Part shown: positions 47,323 through 57,695 of the stretch, piece after piece
Numbering within the stretch: the first letter of the stretch is position 1
How the letters are laid out: each line of letters starts with the position of its first letter
Assembly: GCA_045613865.1 (NCBI GenBank)
Contig: JAZLBT010000017.1
Coordinates: 19,152-83,151, forward strand
Length of the DNA stretch: 64,000 nucleotides
Source: Candidatus Spyradenecus sp.
Lineage (GTDB): Bacteria > Verrucomicrobiota > Kiritimatiellia > RFP12 > DVOR01
Direction: 5' to 3'
Made by a program: the position numbers and the translations under genes
The notes under the pieces: model-generated
What the model saw: only the letters and a program-made list of their open reading frames with translations
Told to the model about the DNA's origin: nothing
The model's database searches: none

Positions 47323-48660
47323 ATGAATCCTTATGTCCAACGCATCCTCGATGAAACCATTGCTAAGAATGGTCACGAAAAAGAATTCATCCAGGCAGTA
47401 ACCGAAGTTTTCGAATCGCTTGAAGCTGTTATTGAAGCAGAACCCAAGTACGAAAAGCATGCTATTCTCGAACGTATTGTTGAACCCGAACGTGTGATTC
47501 AGTTCCGTGTGCCGTGGATTGACGATCAGGGCAACTATCAGGTGAACCGCGGCTTCCGTGTGCAGTTCAACTCTGCAATCGGTCCTTACAAAGGCGGTCT
47601 CCGCTTCCATCCTTCTGTAACGTTGGGTACCTTGAAGTTCTTGGGCTTTGAACAGACCTTCAAGAACTCGCTCACAACGCTTCCTATGGGCGGTGGCAAG
47701 GGTGGCTCTGACTTCAATCCGAAGGGCAAGTCTGACAACGAAGTTATGCGTTTTTGCCAGAGCTTCATGACAGAACTTTGCAAGCATATCGGCGCAGACA
47801 CTGACGTCCCTGCTGGTGATATCGGTGTTGGTGGTCGTGAAGTGGGCTACCTTTTCGGTCAGTACAAGCGCATTCGCAATGAATTCGTTGGTGTGTTGAC
47901 GGGTAAGGCTCGTGAATTCGGCGGTTCTCGTATCCGTCCAGAAGCAACTGGTTATGGTACGGTTTACTTCGCACAGTACATGCTCGAAAAGCTCGGCCAC
48001 GAAATTAAGGGCAAGACGGTTGCTCTCTCTGGTTTCGGCAATGTAGCTTGGGGGGCAGCACAGAAGCTCGTTCAGCTTGGTGCTAAGGTCGTTGCAATCT
48101 CTGGTCCTGACGGCTACATTTATGACGAAAAGGGCATGACGCAGGAAGGCGTTGACTACATGTTGGAACTTCGCGCTTCTAACAATGACGTTGTTGAGCC
48201 TTATGCTGCAAAGTTCGGTGCAACATTTGTTAAGGGTCGTAAGCCTTGGGAAGTGAAGTGCGATATCGCATTCCCCTGCGCTATTCAGAACGAACTTAAC
48301 GAAGAAGATGCAAAGACACTCGTTGCAAATGGCTGCATGATGGTTGTTGAAACCTCGAACATGGGCTGCACGGCTGAAGCTGCAAAGTATCTCAATAGCA
48401 CCATTACCTTCGCTCCTGGTAAGGCCGCAAATGCTGGTGGCGTTGCTGTCTCTGGTCTTGAAATGAGCCAGAACTCGATGCGCCTCTCTTGGACCAACGA
48501 AGAAGTGGATGAAAAGCTCAAGGCAATCATGAAGGAAATCCATGACAACGCCTATGACACCGCTGAAAAGTATGGCCGTAAGGGCGACTACATCTTCGGT
48601 GCAAACGTTGCTGGCTTCATTAAGGTTGCTGAAGCAATGATTGCTCAAGGCCACTGCTAA
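47323..48660 (+). CDS. gdhA: NADP-specific glutamate dehydrogenase
   Basis: 445 aa. GDH signatures LPMGGGKGGSDF, GVGGREVGY and GFGNVAWG. Strongly biased codon usage. Confidence 0.95.
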   Translation: MNPYVQRILDETIAKNGHEKEFIQAVTEVFESLEAVIEAEPKYEKHAILERIVEPERVIQFRVPWIDDQGNYQVNRGFRVQFNSAIGPYKGGLRFHPSVTLGTLKFLGFEQTFKNSLTTLPMGGGKGGSDFNPKGKSDNEVMRFCQSFMTELCKHIGADTDVPAGDIGVGGREVGYLFGQYKRIRNEFVGVLTGKAREFGGSRIRPEATGYGTVYFAQYMLEKLGHEIKGKTVALSGFGNVAWGAAQKLVQLGAKVVAISGPDGYIYDEKGMTQEGVDYMLELRASNNDVVEPYAAKFGATFVKGRKPWEVKCDIAFPCAIQNELNEEDAKTLVANGCMMVVETSNMGCTAEAAKYLNSTITFAPGKAANAGGVAVSGLEMSQNSMRLSWTNEEVDEKLKAIMKEIHDNAYDTAEKYGRKGDYIFGANVAGFIKVAEAMIAQGHC

Positions 48661-48684
48661 TTGTTCTTGCAGTTGAACAAAAAA

Positions 48685-48718
48685 GCCCTCGGGAAACCGG
48701 GGGCTTTTATTTTATTTA
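48685..48718. terminator. Bidirectional rho-independent terminator between gdhA (+) and rsmB (-)
   Basis: GCCCTCGG / CCGGGGGC stem with GAAA-type loop. Followed by TTTTATTTTATTT and preceded by an A-run. Confidence 0.75.
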
Positions 48719-48731
48719 TCGAAGTGTAAAC

Positions 48732-49931
48732 TTAACATCGCCTGAGTTGAGCAACATAACTACCGTCGTGCAATGCCGTGGGTAAAAGAAGATGTTGCTG
48801 TGTACAAATGAAGTCTGGATGACGTGTGAGGAATGCCTCAATTTGATAGTGGTCTTCTTCTGGCTCAATCGAACAAGTAGAGTAGACAAGAATACCATCG
48901 GGCGTGAGCTGCTGTGCGGCTGCATCAAGAAGCGATTGTTGCGTTTTGAGGAGTTCCTTGAGTTTGCGTGCGCTCCACGTCCAACGTGCATCTGGACGAC
49001 GTCCAAGTACACCGGTATTACTGCAGGGGACATCGAGCAAGATGCGTTGGAAAGGCTGTCCTTGCAAGGTGGTGGCATCGCCTTGTTGAAGCGTTACAAA
49101 GGGAAGCGAATGACAACGTTGTAAGGTGTCTTTGAGACGTGCAAACCGTATGGGAGAGAGTTCATTCGCAACGAGTTCGCCTTGGTATTCAAGTCGTGCT
49201 GCAATTTGTGCGGTCTTCCCACCTGGTGCGGCGCATGCATCTAGAACGCGAAGTCCAGGTGTGAGCTCTAATGCGTCAATGGCATGGCGTGTGGCGAGAT
49301 CTTGAACAATAAGATGTCCTTCCGCAAACCCAGGAATTTCATCGACACGTTTCCCATGTGGAAGTAACATTGCTTCCGATGCATCGGGGTGGCGTTCGTA
49401 GTCATTTGGAATTGTATAGGGAGGGAGCGCTTGTAATGTTACACGAGGAGGGACCTCGATCGCTTCAGCGAGTGCACGTGTTTGTTCAAGGCCATAGTGT
49501 TCAATCCAACGCTTCCAAAGGGCATTGGGAATATTGCGTTGAAGGTGTTCGGGTTGTTGTGCTAGACGTGTGAGTAGACTTTGCTTTTCACGTTGAATGC
49601 GACGAAGAATAGCATTGACAAAACTGCCTGCACTTTTAGAGATACGTTTCGACGCTTCAACGGTTTCAGAAATGGAGGCGTGCTCTGCCATTGAGGGCAT
49701 ATAGAGAAGTTGCGCTGCGCCGACCATTAGCGCAACAAGAAGCTCTCCAGAGGGAAGACGTTGAACACACTGCTTAAGTATCCACTCGAGAGAGGCGCGA
49801 TGACGTAAGACCGCACCAACAATTTCGAGTGCACCGCCATAAACAGGTGAACCTGCGAGGGCTTGTGCGGGGAAGGTCCCTTGGGTTTGCCAAAGGCTTA
49901 GCGCAAAGATGGCTTCGCGACGTGTCTTCAT
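48732..49931 (-). CDS. rsmB: 16S rRNA (cytosine-C5)-methyltransferase, RsmB/Sun family
   Basis: 399 aa. SAM motif VLDACAAPGGKT. Catalytic Cys-containing blocks DVPCSNTG and YSTCS. Confidence 0.85.
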   Translation of the reverse strand: MKTRREAIFALSLWQTQGTFPAQALAGSPVYGGALEIVGAVLRHRASLEWILKQCVQRLPSGELLVALMVGAAQLLYMPSMAEHASISETVEASKRISKSAGSFVNAILRRIQREKQSLLTRLAQQPEHLQRNIPNALWKRWIEHYGLEQTRALAEAIEVPPRVTLQALPPYTIPNDYERHPDASEAMLLPHGKRVDEIPGFAEGHLIVQDLATRHAIDALELTPGLRVLDACAAPGGKTAQIAARLEYQGELVANELSPIRFARLKDTLQRCHSLPFVTLQQGDATTLQGQPFQRILLDVPCSNTGVLGRRPDARWTWSARKLKELLKTQQSLLDAAAQQLTPDGILVYSTCSIEPEEDHYQIEAFLTRHPDFICTQQHLLLPTALHDGSYVAQLRRC

Positions 49932-51112
49932 AAAAGAGCTTCCTTAAAGGCTGTAGCAGAACGTTGAATAACCTCAAGCGGCACCGCACAACAGAGGCGA
50001 ATGTATCCTGGCATTCCAAACCCTCTTCCTGGAACAGCAATGATGCCGTGTTGTAAAAGTTTTTGGCAGAATGCAACATCATCACCGCCAGGTGCTTCAG
50101 GGAAGAAGTAGAAGGCGCCTTTAGGTGTTGCAAACGTCATTCCTGCCTCTTGGAGAACCTTGGCCATTGCTTTGCGACGCTCATCATAAATTGAGAGGTC
50201 TACACGTTCATCGACAAGCGCTTCGGCAAGACGTTGCCCTAAGATTGGTGCGTTCACATAACCGAGCGTTCGATTGGTCATTGTGAGCGCCGCGAGGAGT
50301 GTTTCAACACCTTTGAGCGTAGGGTTAACCGCAATGTAACCGACGCGTTCTCCTGCGAGGGAGAGGGATTTTGAGAAAGAACCAAGCACAACTGCTGTTG
50401 GCGACATTGCAAGAATCGACGGAATTTCAACATTGTCAAATGCAAACACGCGATAGGGTTCGTCAGATAAAATGTAAATGGGCCGTTCACGTGTCGCATT
50501 TAATGCATTGACGGCATCTGCAAGACGAAGTAGCGCATCCTTTGAGTAAACTGCGCCAGTTGGGTTGTTGGGAGAATTAAGAAGAATGACACGCGTCTTA
50601 TCGGTGACTTCTTTAAGTAGTTTCTCTGGCGCCAAGGCAAAGTCAGGACCCCGCATCGGGACGGGCTTTAAGATGCCTCCGAAGTGACCACAGTAAAATC
50701 CATATTCCACAAAGTAGGGCGCGGGAACAAGGACCTCGTCTCCTGCTTCAAGAACGGCTCGAAAGAAGGTCACGAGTGCACCCGCCGCACCAACGGTTGC
50801 GATAACATGTTGAGCAGAAAGTGGAACACCTTGCTCTTCAGAGAGGTGTTTTGCAAGCGCCTCACGGAATGAAGGAAGCCCTGCATTTGGCATATACCCC
50901 AATCCACATGGACGAACAACATCATCAGCGAGAGAATGAAGCACATCGCGTGTCTTCGTAGGTGCAGGGACATCTGGATTGCCTAAGGAGAAATCAAAGA
51001 CATTTTCTGCTCCACGTTGTTGGCGGAGTTCTGCACCGGCTTCAAACATACGGCGAATCCATGATGCATTAGCCATAGCGGTTGCAATATCTGTTGCGAT
51101 AAGTTGTGACAT
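49928..51112 (-). CDS. Pyridoxal-phosphate-dependent aminotransferase, class I (AlaA/AspC-like)
   Basis: 394 aa. SFSKSLSLAGERVGY lysine motif and an NPTG block. Confidence 0.8.
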   Translation of the reverse strand: MSQLIATDIATAMANASWIRRMFEAGAELRQQRGAENVFDFSLGNPDVPAPTKTRDVLHSLADDVVRPCGLGYMPNAGLPSFREALAKHLSEEQGVPLSAQHVIATVGAAGALVTFFRAVLEAGDEVLVPAPYFVEYGFYCGHFGGILKPVPMRGPDFALAPEKLLKEVTDKTRVILLNSPNNPTGAVYSKDALLRLADAVNALNATRERPIYILSDEPYRVFAFDNVEIPSILAMSPTAVVLGSFSKSLSLAGERVGYIAVNPTLKGVETLLAALTMTNRTLGYVNAPILGQRLAEALVDERVDLSIYDERRKAMAKVLQEAGMTFATPKGAFYFFPEAPGGDDVAFCQKLLQHGIIAVPGRGFGMPGYIRLCCAVPLEVIQRSATAFKEALL

Positions 51113-51123
51113 GGAAAGATCCT

Positions 51124-52791
51124 TTAAAAGTGAACCGCGCAGAAGCCATCAAGTGTAAGACGTGCACTTGGGATAACGGCAAGGGGAAGGAAGGCAAGGG
51201 TGAGAAAAGGCGCTTTTAACGTTGTCCCCGTTTGACGTGCCGCTTGGAGAAGCGCAACATCATTGTTATAGACATCGATAAATGGTTGATCGCTCATTAA
51301 TCCGCCAATGGGCAAGGGGAGACAAGAGACAATCTTACCATCAATTGCAACAGCGAAGCCGCCTCCAATATCTCGGAGTTTATTCGCCGCAAGTGCCATA
51401 TCCGCTTTATTATGACCTACAACACATAGGTTGTGTGAGTCGTGCCCAACGGTCGATGCGAGCGCACCGCGTTTAAGTTGAAAACCATGAACAAGTGCTG
51501 TGCCGATGCGTGTCGGCATTTGATGGCGAGAGATTAATGCCGCAAAGGCTAATTCATTTTGTGGAATATCCTCGCGCGCAACATCGTTTGTGATGATTTC
51601 GCCATCAATGACATGAATAACGCGCGAATCGTTGTCTGAAAGCGTGAAATCTTCTTCTGTAAGTTCTCGACAATGCACGGTATTGCGGAAGGTTTCATCT
51701 GTGAATGGATTGTTGAGTAAAGACGTCTCAGCATGAATGTCGAGTAGAGATTTGCCGTTAACAACCACATTAGCAACCGCACACGTTTCAAAATTCGCGA
51801 GGCAAACAATATCTGCTTTGTAGCCTGGCGCAAGAAGGCCTCGATCATGCCAACCAAAGTGTTGTGCCGCAGAGAGTGAAGCCGCGCGATAGACATAGAG
51901 CGGATCACATCCCTTTGCGATGAGATGAGCAATGGCATGGTCAAGATGACCTTCCTCAAGAATATCAATGGGTGAACGATCATCTGTACAGAGACAAACA
52001 CGTCCCGCAAGATCGGACTTGAAGAGCGGTGCAAGCGCTTGAACATTACGTGCTGCGGTACCATTGCGAACAAAAACGGTCATCCCCTTGCGAATCTTTT
52101 CCATTGCTTCTGCAACATCAAACGATTCGTGGTCATTTTTAATTCCAACAGCAAGGAGTGCATCAAGTGTCGTTCCGGCAATACCTGGTGCATGACCATC
52201 AATGGGTCGATCTGAGAATGCGGAGAGTTTCGCAAGAGTGTCTGGGAAACTATTAAGAACGCCTGGGATGTTCATATATTCCGAAAGCGAAGCTGTTCCG
52301 CCGTAAGGTGCAAGCGCTGTAGCATCGAGAACAGCTCCTGCAGATTCGGTTGGGAGTGCTGGGACACACGAGGGAATGTGAACTTCTAAATGAAGATGAA
52401 GCTTCTTGGCAATCTCACGAAATGCTTCAATCGCAGGAATCCCCGCAACGTTTGCAAGTTCATGCGGATCACAAACAGCCGCGGTTGTACCATGCGGGAG
52501 GAGTGCTTTTTCCCATTGATTGGGAGTTAGCATCGAGGATTCGACATGACAATGAGCATCAATGAACCCTGACACAAGCGTTAATCCCTTGGCGTTGAGA
52601 ATTCGTTTGCCTTCAAATCCAAAACCAATCCCTGCAATACGATCATTGCAAATTGCAATATCCGCAAGCCGCAATTCACCAGTGATAAGATCAAAGATTC
52701 GTCCGCCTTGAATGAGAAGATCTGCGGGTTGCTGGCGGAGGGCAACGCGGATACAAGCTTGAAGTTCGTTAGGGGTTCGCATTGTTAGCAC
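51124..52791 (-). CDS. ade: Adenine deaminase
   Basis: 555 aa. GFIDAHCHVESSML metal-binding motif typical of Ade and an amidohydrolase fold. Confidence 0.85.
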   Translation of the reverse strand: MLTMRTPNELQACIRVALRQQPADLLIQGGRIFDLITGELRLADIAICNDRIAGIGFGFEGKRILNAKGLTLVSGFIDAHCHVESSMLTPNQWEKALLPHGTTAAVCDPHELANVAGIPAIEAFREIAKKLHLHLEVHIPSCVPALPTESAGAVLDATALAPYGGTASLSEYMNIPGVLNSFPDTLAKLSAFSDRPIDGHAPGIAGTTLDALLAVGIKNDHESFDVAEAMEKIRKGMTVFVRNGTAARNVQALAPLFKSDLAGRVCLCTDDRSPIDILEEGHLDHAIAHLIAKGCDPLYVYRAASLSAAQHFGWHDRGLLAPGYKADIVCLANFETCAVANVVVNGKSLLDIHAETSLLNNPFTDETFRNTVHCRELTEEDFTLSDNDSRVIHVIDGEIITNDVAREDIPQNELAFAALISRHQMPTRIGTALVHGFQLKRGALASTVGHDSHNLCVVGHNKADMALAANKLRDIGGGFAVAIDGKIVSCLPLPIGGLMSDQPFIDVYNNDVALLQAARQTGTTLKAPFLTLAFLPLAVIPSARLTLDGFCAVHF

Positions 52792-53570
52792 TCAATAAAG
52801 GGAAGGGGTTGCTTTTGTGTTGCAACGTAAAGATTAACATCACTTCGTTCAATCAATTGAAGTGTTCGCAACATCATCGTGTGTGCCACATCAGGAGAAT
52901 TACATTCCTCTGAAAGGTGCGCAAGAACAAGATGTTTTAACTGAGGGGGCTGTGCGGTAATAATTGCCTCGCATGCTTGCAAATTCGAAAGGTGCCCCGA
53001 CGAACCAGAGATGCGCATGATTAACGGGTAGGGGTAACTCGAATGTTGAAGCATCTGTGGATCATGATTTGATTCCAAAATCAACGCTTGGCAACACTTC
53101 ATCGCTGTTGTCACCGAGGGCGTCGCAACACCAAGGTCTGTGAAGTACCCGAGCGTGGTTTCTCCATCATCAATGAGATAACCCACCGGTTCTGCCGTAT
53201 CATGGCTAATGCGTACTGGCGTAATCGTCAAGTTGCCTAACGCAAAGGGAATATTGCTCTCAAAGAGTGTAAAGATTGGAATTTGACATTCCTCTTTTTG
53301 GCATTGCCGTTCAATAACAGTTGCGGTACCTTCATTTGCATAGACATCAATGGGGTATTTGGCGGCAAAACGTGAAAGCCCTTTGGTGTGATCGGTATGT
53401 TCATGGGTGATGAGCGCTGCGTGAATAGACTCGGGGGCAACATCATGGCCTTTGAGCAACGATTCAAGCGTGCGACAGCTGATACCAACATCAATGAGAA
53501 GTCGAATATCGCCCGCTTCAATGAGCGTAGCATTCCCTTTACTACCAGAAGAAAGAACAGAAAATTTCAT
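52785..53570 (-). CDS. MBL-fold metallo-hydrolase
   Basis: 261 aa. HEHTDH (HxHxDH) motif. Confidence 0.75.
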   Translation of the reverse strand: MKFSVLSSGSKGNATLIEAGDIRLLIDVGISCRTLESLLKGHDVAPESIHAALITHEHTDHTKGLSRFAAKYPIDVYANEGTATVIERQCQKEECQIPIFTLFESNIPFALGNLTITPVRISHDTAEPVGYLIDDGETTLGYFTDLGVATPSVTTAMKCCQALILESNHDPQMLQHSSYPYPLIMRISGSSGHLSNLQACEAIITAQPPQLKHLVLAHLSEECNSPDVAHTMMLRTLQLIERSDVNLYVATQKQPLPFIEC

Positions 53571-53575
53571 AGGTC

Positions 53576-55156
53576 TTATAAACGAAGATAAGCAAAAAGA
53601 TCGGTTGCGATTAAAGATTCTTGACCCTGTTTAAATGCCGCATGATCGCCCGCAGTCGCGTGTTGAATGACTGCGAGTTTTGCAGCATCCTCGGTTCCGA
53701 GACCACGCGCAAGAAGGCCGCCAATCAACCCTGCAAGAATATCACCTGTTCCAGCCGTCGCCATTCCAGGATTGCCTGACATACACATGCGAACATTTCC
53801 ATTTGGCGCAGCAACAAGCGTATTGTGACCTTTGAGAACAACAATTGCGTGGAAGTGTTGCGCTAATGCGCGTGCAATTCCTGGACGATCGGCTTGAACC
53901 TCTTGCGGTGTGATGCCAAGCATCCGTGCGGCCTCTCCCGGATGGGGCGTAAGAATCAAACGCAAAGAACTTCCATCAGGTTTCCAACCACGTTTGGCCA
54001 ATTGTGAAAGTGCGGTCAAGCCATCAGCATCAATCACTGTGCGAGGCGCAGCATTGTCACGAATAAGATAATGCAGTAATGCCAAGCGTGATGGCGTTAG
54101 TTTACCAGCCCCAGGACCAAACACAACGGCATCATAATCAGAAAGATCAAAGGCGGGTTCTGCAGAGACTTCATGTGTTGAAGAGGCGACAATGGGTTGC
54201 CATTCATCATCGGTGAAAATCGCTTCGGGCGTCCAATGAGCCGCTGCACAACGCGAACTCTCTGGCACGTCAAGCGTTACCAATCCACACCCCGCTCGAT
54301 AGGCCGCCAACCCTGCAAGAACGGGAGCATTGGGATAACGATTACATCCACCAATGATGAGCGTGTGACCATAAGAACGTTTGTGTGAATCCATTCGACG
54401 TTCTGGGCGAAGATAGTTTGCGACCTCCGCATGCGCAATCACCCCAACATCATCTGCGGGCATGCACTCTTGCGCTTCAACAAGATCCGCAGGAATGCCG
54501 ACATCTTCAGTAATAAGATTGCCCGTCCAGTTCTGCGCCATTGGATTTGCAAAACCAATTTTGGGTCGCGTGAAGGTAATTGTTATGTCTGCACGCACCG
54601 CTTCGCCTGGCACAGCGCCTGTATTCGCATCAAGACCACTAGGAACATCAATTGAGACAACAGGACATTCCTTTGATGTTCCATTGATCCAATGAATTGC
54701 AGCACCGACTGCTCCACATGGAACGCCCACTGCACCAATGCCGAGAAGTGCATCCACAATAATTGCACGACGCGGCGAAACCTTTGGATCTGCCCATGCC
54801 GAATCAAGCCAATCATTTTGCGAAGGAAAAACATCTGCGCTAACACCAATCGCGTGAAGATCCTTCCAAGCACGTGCGGCATCATTCTTGAAGCGCGATG
54901 GAATATTCGTTAAAAGTACCGAAACATCAAATCCATCCATCTTCAGACAACGTGCGGCAACAAGTCCATCGCCACCATTATTACCAGGCCCGCAAATAAC
55001 GACAATACGACGAATGTCCAACTGACTGGCAAGTCGCTCCACATAACGCGCAACCGTCGCGCCTGCACGGCACATCACCGTGTAAGAGGGAATATTACGT
55101 TGAAAAAACGCAATTTGCTCGGCTTCACGAATCCCTTCAACAGAAATCCACTTCAT
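53576..55156 (-). CDS. nnr: Bifunctional NAD(P)H-hydrate repair enzyme Nnr (epimerase/dehydratase)
   Basis: 526 aa. N-terminal YjeF_N motif ICGPGNNGGDGL. C-terminal carbohydrate-kinase motif GTGDILAG. Confidence 0.88.
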   Translation of the reverse strand: MKWISVEGIREAEQIAFFQRNIPSYTVMCRAGATVARYVERLASQLDIRRIVVICGPGNNGGDGLVAARCLKMDGFDVSVLLTNIPSRFKNDAARAWKDLHAIGVSADVFPSQNDWLDSAWADPKVSPRRAIIVDALLGIGAVGVPCGAVGAAIHWINGTSKECPVVSIDVPSGLDANTGAVPGEAVRADITITFTRPKIGFANPMAQNWTGNLITEDVGIPADLVEAQECMPADDVGVIAHAEVANYLRPERRMDSHKRSYGHTLIIGGCNRYPNAPVLAGLAAYRAGCGLVTLDVPESSRCAAAHWTPEAIFTDDEWQPIVASSTHEVSAEPAFDLSDYDAVVFGPGAGKLTPSRLALLHYLIRDNAAPRTVIDADGLTALSQLAKRGWKPDGSSLRLILTPHPGEAARMLGITPQEVQADRPGIARALAQHFHAIVVLKGHNTLVAAPNGNVRMCMSGNPGMATAGTGDILAGLIGGLLARGLGTEDAAKLAVIQHATAGDHAAFKQGQESLIATDLFAYLRL

Positions 55157-55157
55157 G

Positions 55158-56495
55158 TTATTGGCGTCCTTTCTTTCGCGATTGCATCCATTCTAAGCGT
55201 TTTGCAATCGTCTCCTCATAACCCGTCATCTTAGGTTTATAGTAACGCTTGGGAATAGTTAAATAACTCTGTTCAACGGCAGTATCCTGATAGTCATGCG
55301 GATACTTGTAAGCTGGCGCAGAGGCTTTCTCCTCGGCTTGAACATGAACATTCTTCAAATGCTCTGGCACTGGCTGTACACGTCCTGATCGAACATCCCC
55401 CATCGCCTCATTAATTGCAAGATAGGCGGCATTCGATTTCGGTGCGGAAGCAAGATAGGTCGTCGCCTGAGCGAGCGCAATTCGCGCTTCTGGCATGCCA
55501 ATAAATTCAACTGACTGCATCGCTGCAACCGCAATGGTCAACCCACGCGGATCCGCATTTCCAATATCCTCGCTTGCAGAAATGATTAAACGACGTGCAA
55601 TAAAACGAGGATCTTCGCCACCCTCAAGCATTTTTGCCAACCAATAAATCGCTGCATCGGGATCTGATCCGCGAATAGATTTAATAAATGCCGAGATTGT
55701 ATCGTAATGTTGATCCTCATCCTTGTCATAAGAAATAATGCGCCGTTGAATACACTCCGACATTGTGTTAGCATCAATGAGAATCTCTCCATCTACATTT
55801 GGCGGTGTTGAGCGAACAGCAATTTCAAGGGCTGTCAATGCACGGCGACCATCACCATCGCAAATCGTCGCAAGAAAATCCTTCGCATCGTCTGTCATGA
55901 TTGGGTGCGAAGCTCCAAGACCACGCACCTCATCTGTCAGAGCGCGATCAATGAGCGTACGAATGGCAGAAGCATCAAGCGCATGCAATTCAAAAACAAG
56001 CGAACGCGAAACAAGCGGCGTATTAATGAAAATCCCAGGGTGATGAGTTGTTGCACCAATTAAGGTTACCGTTCCATCTTCAACATATGGGAGAAGAACA
56101 TCTTGCTGCGATTTATTAAAACGATGAATCTCATCAACAAAGAGCACCGTTCCCATACGACCACGATAGGCCTTTGCCTGTTCGCAAATGGCACGTAACT
56201 GCGCGACATTACTCATCACGCCACTCGTACGTTCAAACCGTCGATGCGTTGTCTTTGCGATAACCTCAGCAAGCGTTGTCTTGCCAGTGCCAGGAGGTCC
56301 ATAAAAAATCAAATTTGTAAAACGATCGCTCTCAATCACACGACGCAAGAGACGACCAGGGGCGAGAATATGATCCTGCCCCACAATCTCCTCAAGAGAC
56401 TGCGGACGCATACGTGCAGGTAATGGCCCAATGGAGCGAGAATCCACAAGTGGCTCCATAAAAGGCTCTTCATCTCTTTCAAACAAATCTTCCAT
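55158..56495 (-). CDS. rarA: Replication-associated recombination protein A (AAA+ ATPase, MgsA/RarA)
   Basis: 445 aa. GPPGTGKTTLA Walker A, DEIHRFNK and a C-terminal MgsA domain. Confidence 0.9.
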   Translation of the reverse strand: MEDLFERDEEPFMEPLVDSRSIGPLPARMRPQSLEEIVGQDHILAPGRLLRRVIESDRFTNLIFYGPPGTGKTTLAEVIAKTTHRRFERTSGVMSNVAQLRAICEQAKAYRGRMGTVLFVDEIHRFNKSQQDVLLPYVEDGTVTLIGATTHHPGIFINTPLVSRSLVFELHALDASAIRTLIDRALTDEVRGLGASHPIMTDDAKDFLATICDGDGRRALTALEIAVRSTPPNVDGEILIDANTMSECIQRRIISYDKDEDQHYDTISAFIKSIRGSDPDAAIYWLAKMLEGGEDPRFIARRLIISASEDIGNADPRGLTIAVAAMQSVEFIGMPEARIALAQATTYLASAPKSNAAYLAINEAMGDVRSGRVQPVPEHLKNVHVQAEEKASAPAYKYPHDYQDTAVEQSYLTIPKRYYKPKMTGYEETIAKRLEWMQSRKKGRQ

Positions 56496-56667
56496 ACCCG
56501 ATAGTATACCACAAAATCACTCCATAATACATATTATATTATTCCAATGTGTATGATTAAACAGTGTATAGTAACGTTATGGGGGCAAAAAGAGGAAAAT
56601 GAATGATGTTTTACCTTCTGCATCATACAAAAAATGTCAGCAAATTTGTGAGGAAAAGGTCTCACAT

Positions 56668-56757
56668 TCAAATCAATAGGTTTTGATCGTCAAATCAATA
56701 GGGTTTTGATCGTCAAATCAATAGGGTTTGGACTTCAAAACAATAGGGTTTACTTTT
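56668..56757. repeat. Array of 4 tandem copies (22-23 bp period) of TCAAATCAATAGGGTTT, same family as the 19.4 kb array but in the opposite orientation
   Basis: Read directly. One copy lacks a G and the last is TCAAAACAATAGGGTTT. Solitary copies occur at about 56925 (CAATAGGGTTTGAAAAG) and about 57664 (TAATAGGGTGAAAAAC). Confidence 0.85.
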
Positions 56758-57256
56758 TCAACTGATTGCACCATGGGCGAGCGAGAACCTCATTTGCCTA
56801 ACATATTGCCGTGTCAATCATTCCGTACCATCTGTTTTCGTGTCGGAAATTGGCAGTAGAAAATTGCGTGGATTGTACTATTCCTGCCACTCTAAAATTA
56901 GTACAAAATATGACAAATTGATGCAATAGGGTTTGAAAAGACTATAAAATGGCAATAAAAGTGGTGGTATTTATGGTCACCTTTTTATAAAACCGATGGG
57001 TTGGCACAACGCGTGTTTTTCGAGATTTGTATTGTTTTTGAGGTGAGATTTGATGGAGTCATTTTTATGCTATGAGAGCGATTTGGGTGAATTGTTTTTG
57101 CGATCAAATGAATTCATTTTCTACTGCAAGGTTCTGTGTTTTTAATATTAAAGATAAGGTGTAACGAAAAGAGTGATGTTCATCACGAATAGTTGCATAA
57201 GTGGGAGAATGCGGCGTGGGTTTCTTGAATAAAAACTAGAAAAATAAAAAAAGTGC

Positions 57257-57285
57257 TTGCATGGTATAGTGGGATTTGTTATACT
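57257..57285 (+). promoter_or_regulatory. Sigma70-type promoter of tRNA-Ser
   Basis: TTGCAT, 17-nt spacer, TATACT. About 20 nt upstream of the tRNA 5' end. Confidence 0.6.
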
Positions 57286-57306
57286 ACACGCCGATTTTTG
57301 GTTTTA

Positions 57307-57397
57307 GGAGAGGTGGCCGAGTGGTCGAAGGCGCAAGACTGGAAATCTTGTGTACTCCTCGTGGGTACCGTGGGTTCAAATCCCACCCTCTCCGCCA
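57307..57397 (+). tRNA. tRNA-Ser (anticodon GGA)
   Basis: GGAGAGGTGGCCGAGTGGTCGAAGGCGCAAGACTGGAAATCTTG...GGGTTCAAATCCCACCCTCTCCGCCA. Long variable arm, class II tRNA, anticodon loop CTGGAAA, encoded CCA. Confidence 0.9.
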
Positions 57398-57410
57398 GTT
57401 CATGAAAGCA

Positions 57411-57437
57411 GATCGCGTTGAGACGCGGTCTTTTTTT
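57411..57437 (+). terminator. Rho-independent terminator after tRNA-Ser
   Basis: GATCGCGT / ACGCGGTC stem with one G:U pair and loop TGAG, followed by TTTTTTT. Confidence 0.7.
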
Positions 57438-57695
57438 GTCTCATCGTCTCAATAGAAATTTTAACGCAGGTCTATGTAAATTTCCGTGGGGGAGTTTCGT
57501 TTTCCCTTGTTTCATTGTCTTTGTCGGTCTTGTTAGTGTGTTGCATTGTTAGGATTAACTTTTTGATTTTAAAAGGGTTGTGGTATGGTTCAAAAAATGA
57601 CGAAAAGCGCCTCTCGGTGAAAATCGTGATGAAGACTAGCAATTCTTCCTCTTCTTTGGTAAATTAATAGGGTGAAAAACGGAGGAACTTTTGTT

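Noticed and set aside
47242-48654. 470-aa ORF on the minus strand fully antisense to gdhA
   Set aside because: It has no ribosome-binding site, no recognisable domain, and a low-complexity composition. Long antisense shadow ORFs are a known artefact of strongly codon-biased genes such as gdhA. The plus-strand product has all GDH motifs.
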